NCBI GenBank assembly: GCA_019358935.1
Contig: JAHHIK010000008.1
Span: forward strand, 1 to 64,000
Direction: 5' to 3'
From: Tolypothrix carrinoi HA7290-LM1
GTDB taxonomy: Bacteria; Cyanobacteriota; Cyanobacteriia; Cyanobacteriales; Nostocaceae
Length of the DNA: 64,000 nt
Both the position numbers and the translations under genes were made by a program. Below, in pieces: positions 41,601-52,305 of this stretch; the first letter of the stretch is position 1, and each line of letters begins with the position of its first letter. The notes beneath the pieces are model-generated. The model made no database searches, was not told where the DNA came from, and worked only from the letters and a program-made list of their open reading frames with translations.

Positions 41601-42194
41601 ATGGTAGGTAAATTTTTTCAGAAACCACAAAAAGAAGAAAGCGTTCGCGTTCCTCAAGGGCAATATTTAACTAAAGGCTTCCCTGTCTTAACTTACGGTG
41701 CAACGCCCAAAATTAACATAGATGAATGGGAATTTAAAGTTTGGGGTTTGGCAAAACCTGCGACTTTTACTTGGTCTGATTTTATGGCATTACCCCAACA
41801 TCAATTTACAGCAGATTTTCACTGTGTAACACGTTGGTCAAAACTTGATGTCAAGTGGACTGGTATTAAAGTTACAGACTTTATGAAGCTGATTGAGGTA
41901 GACCCGAAAGCTGCTCACATTATGGAACACAGCTACGGTGGCTACACTACTAATATTGCAATGGAAGATTTTGTGCGCGAAGAAAACTTCTTTGCTTTTA
42001 AAGTATTTGATGAAGATTTGCCAACAGAACATGGTGGTCCAATGCGGTTAGTTGTTCCCCATCTTTACGCTTGGAAAAGTGCTAAATGGATTAATGGTTT
42101 AGAATTTTTAGAGCGCGAAGAACTCGGTTTTTGGGAACGTAATGGTTATCACCGTCGTGGTGAACCTTGGGCTGAAGAACGTTATAGCAACTAA
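41601..42194 (+). CDS. Sulfite oxidase-like molybdopterin oxidoreductase
   Basis: DFHCVTRWS, EHGGPMRLVVP, WKSAKW, GFWERNGYH. Confidence 0.9.
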   Translation: MVGKFFQKPQKEESVRVPQGQYLTKGFPVLTYGATPKINIDEWEFKVWGLAKPATFTWSDFMALPQHQFTADFHCVTRWSKLDVKWTGIKVTDFMKLIEVDPKAAHIMEHSYGGYTTNIAMEDFVREENFFAFKVFDEDLPTEHGGPMRLVVPHLYAWKSAKWINGLEFLEREELGFWERNGYHRRGEPWAEERYSN

Positions 42195-42196
42195 TA

Positions 42197-42298
42197 ATGG
42201 GGAATGGGGAATGGGGAATGGGTAATGGGTAATGGGTGATGGATTTTACCAATTACCTATTACCAATTCCCAATTACCTATTCCCAATTACCAATTCC
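42197..42298. repeat. STRR inverted heptamer blocks between convergent genes
   Basis: ATGGGGA/ATGGGTA units then TTACCAA/TTCCCAA units. Confidence 0.88.
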
Positions 42299-43690
42299 CT
42301 ATCCTAGAATTCGCTTTAGTAAGGATAATTTACCTTTGTAGGGAGGGTACAGCCATTTAACATCTAGCAGGAAAGGCTTGTATAACACGCTTTTGTAATG
42401 AGAGAATGTGTCAAAACTAGCTTTACCGTGATAGCTACCAATACCGCTTTCACCTACACCACCAAATGGTAAAGATGAGACACCAACTTGGATGACTGTG
42501 TGGTTGATGCAAACTCCTCCGGATGAAGTTTGCTGACATACTTGCTTTTGCAGGTTTTTATTTTGGGAAAATAGATATAAAGCTAGGGGTTTTGGTCGAG
42601 AATTAATTAAGGCGATCGCTTCACCAATATCTGTGTATTCAATCACAGGCAAAATGGGTCCAAAAATTTCCTCCTGCATCACTGCATCTGCTGAGGAAAC
42701 TTTATCAATCACCGTTGGGGCAATATAAGACTCTGAAGAATTACTTTCGCCACCAACTATAATTTTACCATCTTTTAAGAAGTTAACCAACCTGTCAAAG
42801 TGTTTTTGATTAATTATTCTCGCATAATCAGGACTCGTTGCCGGATTATCACCATAAAATTCTTTCAAGCATTTTTGGATACCAGATAACAAATTATCTT
42901 TGATTTTTTTATCAACTAAAAGATAATCAGGTGCAATACAAGTTTGTCCAGCGTTGAGAAATTTGCCCCAAGTAATACGTCTAACAGTTTGTTCAAGATT
43001 GATGTCATCATCGACAATGCAAGGACTTTTACCACCTAATTCTAAAGTAACTGGTGTGAGGTGTTTTGCAGCAGCTTCCATGACTATTTTACCGACTGAT
43101 GTACCCCCAGTGAAAAAGATGTGGTCAAATTTTTCTGCTAATAGTTGTTGACTTGTTTCTACACCTCCTTCTAAGACTGTAATATAAGCTGGATCGAAAG
43201 ATTTGCTAATAATTTCTGCTAAAACACGAGAAGTATGAGGTGCGAGTTCTGAAGGTTTGAGAATTGCACAGTTGCCGGCAGCGATCGCGCCCACCAATGG
43301 GGAGATAATTAATTGCAATGGATAGTTCCAAGGACTAATAATTAAAACCACTCCCAGCGGTTCGGGATAAATTCGTGCCGATGCAGGGAAAAAGTCCAGA
43401 GAAACTGGTGCTTTCTTAGGCTTAGTCCAATTTTTAATATCTTTTATTGCTGAATCAATCTCCTTATATACTAAAACTTCTGTAGCATAAGCCTCAAATT
43501 CTGGTTTCTTTAAATCGGCTTGCAGTGCTTCGAGAATAAGTTGTGTATGCTCAATTACTGCTTGTTTGAGAGTTTTTAATTGGGCAATGCGAAAATCAAT
43601 ATTTTTGGTTTCTCCTGTTTGAAAAAAGTCACGTTGTTTGCGGATAATATCAGGGATGGATAAGTTAGTATGCATGTTTTTTTCTAACAT
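42299..43690 (-). CDS. Aldehyde dehydrogenase (class 3-like)
   Basis: PWNYP, FTGG, LELGGKSP, NAGQTC, EEIFGP. Confidence 0.93.
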   Translation of the reverse strand: MLEKNMHTNLSIPDIIRKQRDFFQTGETKNIDFRIAQLKTLKQAVIEHTQLILEALQADLKKPEFEAYATEVLVYKEIDSAIKDIKNWTKPKKAPVSLDFFPASARIYPEPLGVVLIISPWNYPLQLIISPLVGAIAAGNCAILKPSELAPHTSRVLAEIISKSFDPAYITVLEGGVETSQQLLAEKFDHIFFTGGTSVGKIVMEAAAKHLTPVTLELGGKSPCIVDDDINLEQTVRRITWGKFLNAGQTCIAPDYLLVDKKIKDNLLSGIQKCLKEFYGDNPATSPDYARIINQKHFDRLVNFLKDGKIIVGGESNSSESYIAPTVIDKVSSADAVMQEEIFGPILPVIEYTDIGEAIALINSRPKPLALYLFSQNKNLQKQVCQQTSSGGVCINHTVIQVGVSSLPFGGVGESGIGSYHGKASFDTFSHYKSVLYKPFLLDVKWLYPPYKGKLSLLKRILG

Positions 43691-43712
43691 TCAAAATGTT
43701 TGAGTTGATTTC

Positions 43713-43755
43713 TAAACGCAGAGTGGCGCTGAGGTATACGCAAAGGTGCGCGGAG
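43713..43755 (+). repeat. Solo copy of the ~45-bp repeat that flanks the GxxExxY gene
   Basis: TAAACGCAGAGTGGCGCTGAGGTATACGCAAAGGTGCGCGGAG aligns with 55048-55093 and the reverse complement of 55473-55517. Confidence 0.85.
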
Positions 43756-43813
43756 TATGAGTTAGAGTTATTTGTGTTTGGTAAAAATTGGGATACAATC
43801 TTTGAATCTGCGT

Positions 43814-44890
43814 TTATTTGACGGGTAAATTAACAATAAATACACTACCTTTACCGAATTCAGAATTGACTCGAATTGTTCCTTCATGTGCTTCGACGAT
43901 TCGACGAGAAAGATAAAGTCCTAAACCACTACCAGAACTTTTGTGGCTTCCTTGGCGAAATCGTTCAAATAAGGTGGTTTGTTCTTGGGGGGGAATTCCT
44001 GAACCTGTATCTGCTATTTCAATGGTAACAATTTCAGCTTGAGAAGTTAAGCGGATGGTAATTGAGCCGGTGTCGGTAAATTTGATAGCATTGCCTACAA
44101 GGTTGGTGAATAAGCGATGTAATTCTAAGCGATCGCCTATCATTTTACTGGTTAACTCTTCTGTCAAATCTAGATTTATACAAAGTGATTTGGCTTGCGC
44201 TAAAGGTGTTAGTTCTCCTGCAACCTCTTCTAATAACGAGCAAAGATTAATTGGTTGAAATGCCAAGGTTTTGCGACCGGCTTCAAAGCGGTAAACTTCT
44301 AATAAGGTATTCACCATCGCTAGCAGGTTGGTATTACTGCGAGCCATGATAACAATAACTTCCTCCATTTGTGCTGATAGATTTCCTAAAGCACCTTGCT
44401 GAAACAGCATCAGTATTCGATCTGCTGCTACTAAAGGGGTGCGTAAGTCGTGGGTGAGACGCGAAACAAAATCTTCTCGCTGTTTTGCTATTTCGTCACG
44501 TTCGTCTATGCTGTGTTTGAGTCGCAGAAGCGATCGCACTCGCGCTAATAATTCATCGACTGTTACAGGTTTGCGGATAAAATCATCAGCACCCAAATCT
44601 AATCCTTGAGCGACATTCGGTGCGTCATGAGCGGTAATCAGCAGAATCGGAATATATGGCAATTGCGTATTGCCACGCACACGGTTTGTAACTTCGTAAC
44701 CATCCATTCCCGGCATCATCAAATCTAGCAATACCAAGTCACAACCAGATGTTTCAATTTGGGCGATCGCTAAAGCACCATTTTCTGCCGTGCTAACTAT
44801 GTAGCCTTCTTCCTCCAGAATGGTTTTGATTAAAAATACGTTATCGGGAGAATCGTCTACAACGAGAATTTTGTCAGATTGCGAACTCAT
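43814..44890 (-). CDS. Hybrid receiver-histidine kinase
   Basis: ILVVDD, LLDLMMPG, THDLRTPL, NAIKFT, GLGL. Confidence 0.93.
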   Translation of the reverse strand: MSSQSDKILVVDDSPDNVFLIKTILEEEGYIVSTAENGALAIAQIETSGCDLVLLDLMMPGMDGYEVTNRVRGNTQLPYIPILLITAHDAPNVAQGLDLGADDFIRKPVTVDELLARVRSLLRLKHSIDERDEIAKQREDFVSRLTHDLRTPLVAADRILMLFQQGALGNLSAQMEEVIVIMARSNTNLLAMVNTLLEVYRFEAGRKTLAFQPINLCSLLEEVAGELTPLAQAKSLCINLDLTEELTSKMIGDRLELHRLFTNLVGNAIKFTDTGSITIRLTSQAEIVTIEIADTGSGIPPQEQTTLFERFRQGSHKSSGSGLGLYLSRRIVEAHEGTIRVNSEFGKGSVFIVNLPVK

Positions 44891-45111
44891 ATAAAAGCAA
44901 TATATACGTAAATTTAAATTACAAGGTTAATTAGGTAGGCAGTCCGAGCGATCGCTATTTTACTTTTAATTATGGTTATATAAATGTTGCATCCGGCGAT
45001 TTTAATTGTCGGGACAGATGCCGCTTTATTGATATCATTATTAAATTTAAACCTCCCCCCCCTTGTCCTCCCCCTCCCCCTTGTCCTCCCCCTCCCCCTC
45101 CTCTCCCTCCA

Positions 45112-48100
45112 ATGAAAGCACCCCACCCAAAGTATGAATATCAAGTTGGGGGAAGTCTACCGGCTGATGCTCCCACTTACGTGACGCGGCAGGCAGATGA
45201 TGATTTATACAGAGGTTTAAAGGCAGCGGAGTTTTGCTATGTGCTGAATTCGCGACAAATGGGCAAATCCAGCTTGCGGGTAAGAACTATGGAACGCTTG
45301 CAAGCTGAGGGAATTGCTTGTGCGGCAATTGATATTACCGCGATTGGAACTTGGGATATCACACCTGAGCAATGGTATGCAGGGGTGATTGATAGTATAG
45401 TTGGCAGTTTGTATTTATACAACAATTTTGATTTAGATAGCTGGTGGGAGAGTCACCATTTACTTTCTCCGGTGCAGCGATTCGGCAAGTTTATCGAAGA
45501 TGTTTTGTTGGTAGAGATTTCTGGACAAATTGTCATCTTTGTGGATGAAATCGATAGCATCCTCAGTCTGAGTTTTTCGATAGATGATTTTTTTGCTTTA
45601 ATTAGAAGTTGCTATAACTTGCGTGCTGATAATCCAGAATATAAGCGGATTACTTTTACGCTGTTTGGGGTAGCGACACCTTCAGATTTGATTGCGGATA
45701 AAAAGCGAACACCGTTTAATATTGGCAGAGCGATCGCACTGACTGGTTTTCAATTCGATGAAGCTGCACCATTAGCTGAAGGGTTTGTGGGTCAGGTGAG
45801 TAATCCGCAAGCAGTGCTGCGAGAAATTTTAACTTGGACTGGTGGACAACCGTTTCTCACGCAGAAGGTTTGTAAGTTACTGCTTCAAGCAGACAGACCT
45901 AACCCCCCAACCCCCTTCCCTGCGAGGGAAGGGGGAGTAGTTCTCCCCTCCCCTAGTAGGGGAGGGGTAGGGGGAGAGGTCAGTATCAACGCGGTGGAGT
46001 GGGTGGAAGAGTTAGTGCGATCGCATGTTATCAGAAATTGGGAATCGCAGGATGAACCGGAGCATTTAAGGACGATACGCGATCGCTTGTTGCAAAATCA
46101 GCAGCGTGCTGGCAGGTTGTTGGGATTATATCAGCAAATATTGCAATCTTACCAACCCCCCTTTGAAAAGGGGGGAGAAGGGGGGATCGCAAGTGATGAC
46201 AGTTCCGAGCAAATGGAATTGCGGCTTTCTGGATTGGTTGTCAAGCAGCAGGGATTAAAGGTTTCTAACCGCATTTACGCAGCGGTTTTTAATCAAAGTT
46301 GGGTTGATCAAGCATTTGCGAAACTGCGTCCCTATGCACAAGGGTTAACAGCGTGGTTAGATTCTGGTTGTGAAGATGAATCGCGTTTGTTGCGGGGGCA
46401 AACTTTGCGAGATGCTCAGACATGGACAGTGGGCAAAAGTTTAAGCGATCAAGATTATCAATTTTTAGCTGCAAGTCAGCAGTTAGACCGGCAAGAAGTG
46501 CAAATTGCCTTGGATGCGGAAAGACAAGCCAAGCAAATATTAGCTGATGCACGACAGAAAGCAGAAATCGCTTTAGAAGAAGAAAGACAAGCGAATCAGC
46601 GGTTAGCGCAAGCGCAACAAAAAACACGACGACAAACTTATATTGGTGCTGCGATTTTGGGAGTGACACTGCTGGGAGCGGTAGTAATAGCGACAGTGGC
46701 AGAACAAGCCAGACAAAACGCTTTCACTGCTGGTGAAGTCGAACGTGAGGGTAATTCTGCCTCAGAACGCTTTAAGTTGAATAAAGCTGAAAGTGTTCAA
46801 AGTTTAGTTATGGCAATGCAAGCTGGGCAAACTCTGAAAAACTTGGTGAAAGAAAAGCCCTCGATTGTCGATTACCCTGCTTTGAGTCCGATATTGAGCA
46901 TCCAAGAGATTTTAGCGGAGATTCAAGAAAAAAATACCTTAGAGGGACATTCCTTACCTGTATTGAGCGTCGCATTTAGCAGTGATGGCAAAACTATTGC
47001 TTCTGGAAGTTACGACAACACGATCAAAATCTGGGACAGCAGCACCGGCAAAGTAATTCGCACCCTAACTGGACATTCCGAATTTGTAAGGAGCGTCGCA
47101 TTTAGCAGTGATGGCAAAACTATTGCTTCTGGAAGTTACGACAACACCATCAAAATCTGGGACAGCAGCACCGGCAAAGTAATTCGCACCCTCACTGGAC
47201 ATTCCTCACCTGTATATAGCGTCGCATTTAGCAGTGATGGCAAAACTATTGCTTCTGGAAGTTACGACAACACCATCAAAATCTGGGACAGCAGCACCGG
47301 CAAACTAATTCGCACCCTCACTGGACATTCCTCACCTGTATATAGCGTCGCATTTAGCAGTGATGGCAAAACTATTGCTTCTGGAAGTGAGGACAAGACG
47401 ATCAAAATCTGGGACAGCAGCACCGGCAAAGTAATTCGCACTTTAACTGGACATTCCTCAGATACACTTAGCTTCAGTATAAATAATGGCAAAACAGTTT
47501 CTTTTGGAAGTAGCGTCGCATTTAGCAGTGATGGCAAAACTATTGCTTCTGGAAGTGACGACAACACGATCAAAATCTGGGACAGCAGCACCGGCAAACT
47601 AATTCGCACCCTAACTGGACATTCCTCATCTGTATTGAGCGTCGCATTTAGCAGTGATGGCAAAACTGTTGCTTCTGGAAGTTGGGACAACACGATCAAA
47701 ATCTGGGACAGCAGCACCGGCAAACTAATTCGCACTTTAACCGGACATTCCCAAGGTGTATTGAGCGTCGCATTTAGCAGTGATGGCAAAATTGCTTCTG
47801 GAAGTGAAGACAACACGATCAAAATCTGGGACAGCAGCACCGGCAAAGTAATTCCCACCCTGAAGGGACATTCCGAATCTGTAAGTAGCGTCGCATTTAG
47901 CAGTGATGGCAAAACAGTTGCTTCTGGAAGTTACGACAGCACGATCAAAATCTGGGACAGCAGCACCGGCAAACTAATTCGCACTTTAACCGGACATTCC
48001 CAAGGTGTATTGAGCGTCGCTTTTAGCAGTGATGGCAAAACAGTTGCTTCTGGAAGTTGGGACAACACCATCAAAATCTGGGACAGCAGCACCGGCAAAC

Positions 48101-50040
48101 TAATTCGCACCCTAACCGGATATTCCCAAGGTGTATTGAGCGTCGCATTTAGCAGTGATGGCAAAATTGCTTCTGGAAGTGAAGACAACACGATCAAAAT
48201 CTGGGACAGCAGCACCGGCAAAGTAATTCCCACCCTGAAGGGACATTCCTCAATTGTCAGTAGCGTCGCTTTTAGCAGTGATGGCAAAACAGTTGCTTCT
48301 GGAAGTGCTGACAACACGATCAAAATCTGGGACAGCAGCACCGGCAAACTAATTCGCACCCTCACGGGACATTCCTCATCTGTAAATAGCGTCGCATTTA
48401 GCAGTGATGGCAAAACCGTTGCTTCTGGAAGTGACGACAACAGCATCAAAATCTGGGACAGCAGCACCGGCAAACTAATTCGCACCCTAACCGGACATTC
48501 CTCATCTGTAAATAGCGTCGCATTTAGCAGTGATGGCAAAACCGTTGCTTCTGGAAGTGCTGACAACACGATCAAAATCTGGGACAGCAGCACCGGCAAA
48601 CTAATTCGCACCCTAACCGGACATTCCGAATCTGTAAGTAGCGTCGCATTTAGCAGTGATGGCAAAACTGTTGCTTCTGGAAGTTACGATAACACCATCA
48701 AAATCTGGTACTTCGATTTAGATAATTTACTTTCGCGAAGTTGTCAGAGACTCAAAGCTTATCTGATTAATCATCCAGAGGATTTAGAACCACTGACATT
48801 TTGTCAAGAACAAAATCCCGATATTTTATTGGCAGCAGTCCCAGTCATGGTGACAGCCGGAGAAACTTCCGCCAGAAATGGTAATTTTGAAGATGCCCTT
48901 GCTAAGTTCAAAACAGCTAAAAAATGGGACTCTAAATTAGACATTAATCCGAAAGTCAAAACTGATTCTCTCCGCTTGGAGTTTGAAGGTAGAAAGTTAG
49001 CCAATGAAGGTGATTTTGATGGTGCAATAACCAAGTTTAAACAAGCAAAGCAACTAAACGTCAAAATTGACTTCGACACAGTTACCGATGGTGTGCAGAA
49101 CGATCCCGAAAAAGTTGCTAAAGAACTTGTCAGTCAAGTTTTAGTTAAACAAGGCAGAGAACAAGCAAACAAAGGTGATGTTGACGGTGCAACAGCCAAG
49201 TTGAAACAAGCACAGCAACTAAACGCGAAAATTGACCTTGATGATAATACTGAAGGTGTGCAAACTAACCCCCAAGCTGTTGCCAAAAAACTTTTCAGTC
49301 AAGCCTTAGTTCAACAAGGTAAAGACTTAGCCACACAAGGTAATTTGGATGGTGCAGTTGCCAAGTTTAAACAAGCACAGAAACTAGATACCAAAATTGA
49401 CCTCGACACAGATACTAAAGGGGTGCAAACTAACATCCAAGCTGTTGCCAAAGACTTTACCATCAAAGGACTTGTTGATCAAGGCACACAACTAGCCAGA
49501 CAAGGTGATATTCCCGATGCAGTTGCCAAGTTCAAAGAAGCACAACGAATCCAACCCAAGGTAGATATCAATCCAGACATTGATGGTCTACAAAATAAAC
49601 TCGAAAAAGCAGCCCAAGACCTTTACATAGCCGGTTTAATTGATGAAGCCGAAGAACAATTAAAGCAGGATGAATATAGCAAAGCAATTGCAGTTTATAA
49701 AAAGATTGAAAACTTAAAGCCAACAAAAGAAAACCTAGCTAAATCTGGGAATAGTTTGTGCCGGCAAGCTAGCTTACAAGGTTATGTCAAGAATGTAGTT
49801 AACGATGCTTGTGAAAAAGCAGTGAAACTTGCACCTAATAATGCTTATATCCGCGATAGTCGCGGTTTAGCGAGAGCGCTAACTGGTAATTTTAAAGGTG
49901 CAATTGAGGACTTTCAGGTATTTATCGAATCAACTGACGATGGTGATGAGAAGAAACAACGGGAAAGCTGGGTGAAAGACTTGCAAGCGGGTAAGAATCC
50001 GTTTACACCAGAGGAGTTGGAGAAGTTGCGGGGGGATTGA
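45112..50040 (+). CDS. STAND-like AAA (AAA_35 type) NTPase + coiled coil + TM + 14 WD40 repeats + TPR-like repeats
   Basis: [23 protein letters not shown]; hydrophobic [19 protein letters not shown]...WD repeats 46945-48708. Confidence 0.9.
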   Translation: MKAPHPKYEYQVGGSLPADAPTYVTRQADDDLYRGLKAAEFCYVLNSRQMGKSSLRVRTMERLQAEGIACAAIDITAIGTWDITPEQWYAGVIDSIVGSLYLYNNFDLDSWWESHHLLSPVQRFGKFIEDVLLVEISGQIVIFVDEIDSILSLSFSIDDFFALIRSCYNLRADNPEYKRITFTLFGVATPSDLIADKKRTPFNIGRAIALTGFQFDEAAPLAEGFVGQVSNPQAVLREILTWTGGQPFLTQKVCKLLLQADRPNPPTPFPAREGGVVLPSPSRGGVGGEVSINAVEWVEELVRSHVIRNWESQDEPEHLRTIRDRLLQNQQRAGRLLGLYQQILQSYQPPFEKGGEGGIASDDSSEQMELRLSGLVVKQQGLKVSNRIYAAVFNQSWVDQAFAKLRPYAQGLTAWLDSGCEDESRLLRGQTLRDAQTWTVGKSLSDQDYQFLAASQQLDRQEVQIALDAERQAKQILADARQKAEIALEEERQANQRLAQAQQKTRRQTYIGAAILGVTLLGAVVIATVAEQARQNAFTAGEVEREGNSASERFKLNKAESVQSLVMAMQAGQTLKNLVKEKPSIVDYPALSPILSIQEILAEIQEKNTLEGHSLPVLSVAFSSDGKTIASGSYDNTIKIWDSSTGKVIRTLTGHSEFVRSVAFSSDGKTIASGSYDNTIKIWDSSTGKVIRTLTGHSSPVYSVAFSSDGKTIASGSYDNTIKIWDSSTGKLIRTLTGHSSPVYSVAFSSDGKTIASGSEDKTIKIWDSSTGKVIRTLTGHSSDTLSFSINNGKTVSFGSSVAFSSDGKTIASGSDDNTIKIWDSSTGKLIRTLTGHSSSVLSVAFSSDGKTVASGSWDNTIKIWDSSTGKLIRTLTGHSQGVLSVAFSSDGKIASGSEDNTIKIWDSSTGKVIPTLKGHSESVSSVAFSSDGKTVASGSYDSTIKIWDSSTGKLIRTLTGHSQGVLSVAFSSDGKTVASGSWDNTIKIWDSSTGKLIRTLTGYSQGVLSVAFSSDGKIASGSEDNTIKIWDSSTGKVIPTLKGHSSIVSSVAFSSDGKTVASGSADNTIKIWDSSTGKLIRTLTGHSSSVNSVAFSSDGKTVASGSDDNSIKIWDSSTGKLIRTLTGHSSSVNSVAFSSDGKTVASGSADNTIKIWDSSTGKLIRTLTGHSESVSSVAFSSDGKTVASGSYDNTIKIWYFDLDNLLSRSCQRLKAYLINHPEDLEPLTFCQEQNPDILLAAVPVMVTAGETSARNGNFEDALAKFKTAKKWDSKLDINPKVKTDSLRLEFEGRKLANEGDFDGAITKFKQAKQLNVKIDFDTVTDGVQNDPEKVAKELVSQVLVKQGREQANKGDVDGATAKLKQAQQLNAKIDLDDNTEGVQTNPQAVAKKLFSQALVQQGKDLATQGNLDGAVAKFKQAQKLDTKIDLDTDTKGVQTNIQAVAKDFTIKGLVDQGTQLARQGDIPDAVAKFKEAQRIQPKVDINPDIDGLQNKLEKAAQDLYIAGLIDEAEEQLKQDEYSKAIAVYKKIENLKPTKENLAKSGNSLCRQASLQGYVKNVVNDACEKAVKLAPNNAYIRDSRGLARALTGNFKGAIEDFQVFIESTDDGDEKKQRESWVKDLQAGKNPFTPEELEKLRGD
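46945..48708 (+). repeat. Intragenic 126-bp tandem repeat, 14 WD40 units
   Basis: Near-identical DNA units (…AGCGTCGCATTTAGCAGTGATGGCAAA…ATCAAAATCTGGGACAGCAGCACCGGCAAA…). Confidence 0.95.
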
Positions 50041-50126
50041 CCTCTCTCCAAACCTCTCTCCTAAGAGGAGAGAGGCTTTGAATCTTACTCCCCTTCCCTT
50101 GTAGGGAAGGGGTTGGGGGTTAGGTT
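50039..50126. repeat. Double-hairpin palindromic element, same family as intragenic 45896-45981 and 53815-53850
   Basis: GACCTCTCTCC...CCTCTCTCCT/AGGAGAGAGG...CCCCTTCCCT/AGGGAAGGGG...TTAGGTT. Confidence 0.8.
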
Positions 50127-50160
50127 TTGATCTGCAACGCACTATTTTATTCTAGTGTGG

Positions 50161-50328
50161 TAACGACAGCTTCTATTTTTATAACCACAGCTTCAACGTT
50201 AGTAACGACAGCTTCAACGTTAGTAACGACAGCTTCAACGTTAGTAACGACAGCTTCAACGTTAATAACGACAGCTTCAACTTTCATAAGCAAAACTTAA
50301 GCGTTGGTAACGACAGCTTTCACTTTCA
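50161..50328. repeat. 21-bp tandem repeat, 8 units (consensus TAACGACAGCTTCAACGTTAG)
   Basis: Exact 21-bp periodicity counted by eye. Confidence 0.9.
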
Positions 50329-50412
50329 TAATAAAAAAAAATTATAAAGTTATAACTAATGTTTGACGACAAGACGATGCAACGTCTACGCATGGGAGAG
50401 AAAAAGAGCGAT

Positions 50413-50542
50413 GTCTTGCGACAAGCCCTTCGGGTTCGGGAGTTCGCAATCGACGGGAAGCGGAGCCACTGCGGTGGACGGGTCTCCCGGCATAAAGCAA
50501 GTGGCGTCCAAGACTGCGACTCCCTCACCGCTAAGGTGTCTA
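50413..50542 (+). mobile_element. 130-bp composite small element splitting a HIP1 site (GCGAT^CGC)
   Basis: Ends GTCTTGCGACAAGCC...GTCTA; core shared with 14922-15219. Confidence 0.82.
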
Positions 50543-50552
50543 CGCCGGCTTA

Positions 50553-50903
50553 CTACACAATTTGCACTGTTTGAGTGTTAATTTGTGTTACATTATTCAA
50601 CCTAACATCATTCGTAAATAACATTGCATTCAATCCTTGTGCAGTTGCAGCAATAATTGCGTCCGGAAGCCTAAGTTTGTATTGTTTGCGAAGTGCTATT
50701 GTTAAATTTTTGATATTATTATCAATACCAACAACTGTAATTTTATTTAAAAAGTCAATAATTTGTATTTCTTCATCTGAACTGAGGCTGGGATAAGATA
50801 ACAATTCAATTTCAGTAATTACGGACACAAAATATTGTCCTGATGGTAATGGATTTACTAACCTACCACCCAGAAAGTACAAAACTATATTTGTATCTAA
50901 CAA
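50553..50903 (-). CDS. VapC/PIN-domain toxin
   Basis: LDTNI, ITEIELL, LRLPDAIIAATA, TND. Confidence 0.9.
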   Translation of the reverse strand: MLDTNIVLYFLGGRLVNPLPSGQYFVSVITEIELLSYPSLSSDEEIQIIDFLNKITVVGIDNNIKNLTIALRKQYKLRLPDAIIAATAQGLNAMLFTNDVRLNNVTQINTQTVQIV

Positions 50904-50923
50904 TATTAAAGGCTGCGTTAAGT

Positions 50924-51130
50924 TTATTCATGCCTGCTTTGCTGCTGATATTCTAAAGGGTCTTGAGTGAGTTGAATTACACCTGCATATTTATTTAAAT
51001 CAAAATGTTCTTGTTGTGATTGATAAACATTTAAGATTTGCTCAATTGTCTGCCAGTCTTGATAATCAATCAAAACTGCTACTGGACGCATTGCTTCATC
51101 AGTGACAATTTTCTTATTCACTCTTAGCAT
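50924..51130 (-). CDS. Putative antitoxin
   Basis: 68 aa directly upstream of PIN toxin; DPLEYQ C-terminus. Confidence 0.7.
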   Translation of the reverse strand: MLRVNKKIVTDEAMRPVAVLIDYQDWQTIEQILNVYQSQQEHFDLNKYAGVIQLTQDPLEYQQQSRHE

Positions 51131-51199
51131 AATTGTTTAGTTTGGATGTAAGTTGACTTTTTTATCTTAGCTTTTTAACTTAATTGGATAAATGGCGAT

Positions 51200-51227
51200 G
51201 TCTATCGACAAGCCGAGGAAGCGTCTA
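51200..51227 (+). mobile_element. 28-bp minimal HIP1-splitting element
   Basis: GCGAT[GTCTATCGACAAGCCGAGGAAGCGTCTA]CGC. Confidence 0.75.
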
Positions 51228-51391
51228 CGCATAACTCAAACTGCATGAAAAATTTATGCGATACAATGAAGGGAGTCACTTCGTGAACGCTTAAACAGAA
51301 AAACAAGATTCCCGACAACTTATGCGAAATCGGGAATCTAGGTAGGAATTTGGGTAATAGCGATCGCCTAAATCAAAATGAACTAATTACA

Positions 51392-52267
51392 TCACACCTC
51401 CGGTTCAATTCCCGCAGCTCTGAGTTGTTGTGCTAATCTATCAGCACGTTGACCTTCATCATCAGCACGTTGACGTTCCTCATCCGCACGTTGACGTTCC
51501 TCATCAGCACGTTGACGTTCATCCTCAGCACGTTGACGTTCCTCTTCTGCACGTTGACGTTCCTCTTCTGCACGTTGACGTTCTTCTTCTGCACGTTGAC
51601 GTTCTTCTTCTACACGTTGACGTTCTCTAGTTGTCAACTCCGAACCCCACAGCAGCAGTTCTCCGCTTTCATCCCACCAGCGCAACCAATAGCCATTTCG
51701 ATTTTCGCGGCTACCTTGCCATATACCTAAGAAAAGGTTCATTTCTCCAATCCAGCAACGATTATTTACATCTGGGGTTTGAATTTGATAGCGTCCTGAA
51801 TCATCCAATTGATAAACCTCCAGTACTCCAGTACTCGGTTCAAAAATTGCATAATTGGGAACTTGCAAAATCTGTTCGTAAAAAAACCACTTTCCCGGTG
51901 GATAAGTTGGTTTACTTGAATATTCCCCACCTTCGGTATCGGAAATAAATTCCATCACAATCACTGGAATATCTCCTTGAAGTCGCGGTGTATAACTGCG
52001 CGTCACTTCTTCTCGCGAAACCCGAATTGCTGGTACATATCCCCAATCAGGTGCTTTCACGACAAACTTATTATTTAAAGTGGCACAAATACCGTAGTTA
52101 GTGGTAGTCAAAGCATTCGCGGGTAATTTACCAGCAAATACCAAGCTTTCGGTTAACGCAGCAGCTAAAGGTGGTTGATTAATATTATCCACTGGCTCGT
52201 CATCTAAAATAAAATCGTCTGGTAACTTTTCCCAGGTAACTTCAAATGTGGCTGAATTAGCTAACAT
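51392..52267 (-). CDS. Uma2-family endonuclease with C-terminal ERQRA(E/D)E heptad repeats
   Basis: KAPDW, VMEFISD, FFYEQILQVP; 21-bp repeats ~51445-51625. Confidence 0.88.
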   Translation of the reverse strand: MLANSATFEVTWEKLPDDFILDDEPVDNINQPPLAAALTESLVFAGKLPANALTTTNYGICATLNNKFVVKAPDWGYVPAIRVSREEVTRSYTPRLQGDIPVIVMEFISDTEGGEYSSKPTYPPGKWFFYEQILQVPNYAIFEPSTGVLEVYQLDDSGRYQIQTPDVNNRCWIGEMNLFLGIWQGSRENRNGYWLRWWDESGELLLWGSELTTRERQRVEEERQRAEEERQRAEEERQRAEEERQRAEDERQRADEERQRADEERQRADDEGQRADRLAQQLRAAGIEPEV

Positions 52268-52305
52268 AATGCTACTACCTCATTACGCCGTTTAATTATC
52301 GGTGG

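Noticed and set aside
47262..48665. Long minus-strand ORFs (216 and 244 aa)
   Set aside because: Antisense shadows of the WD40 repeat array.
46945..48708. CRISPR or diversity-generating retroelement repeats
   Set aside because: These are coding WD40 units; variation is not adenine-specific and no reverse transcriptase or template repeat is present.
50161..50328. CRISPR array
   Set aside because: Period is only 21 bp, the variable parts are 8-9 nt and mostly identical, and there are no cas genes in the window.
50277..50581. Three short ORFs over the 130-bp element
   Set aside because: Same artefact of a GC-rich repeat.
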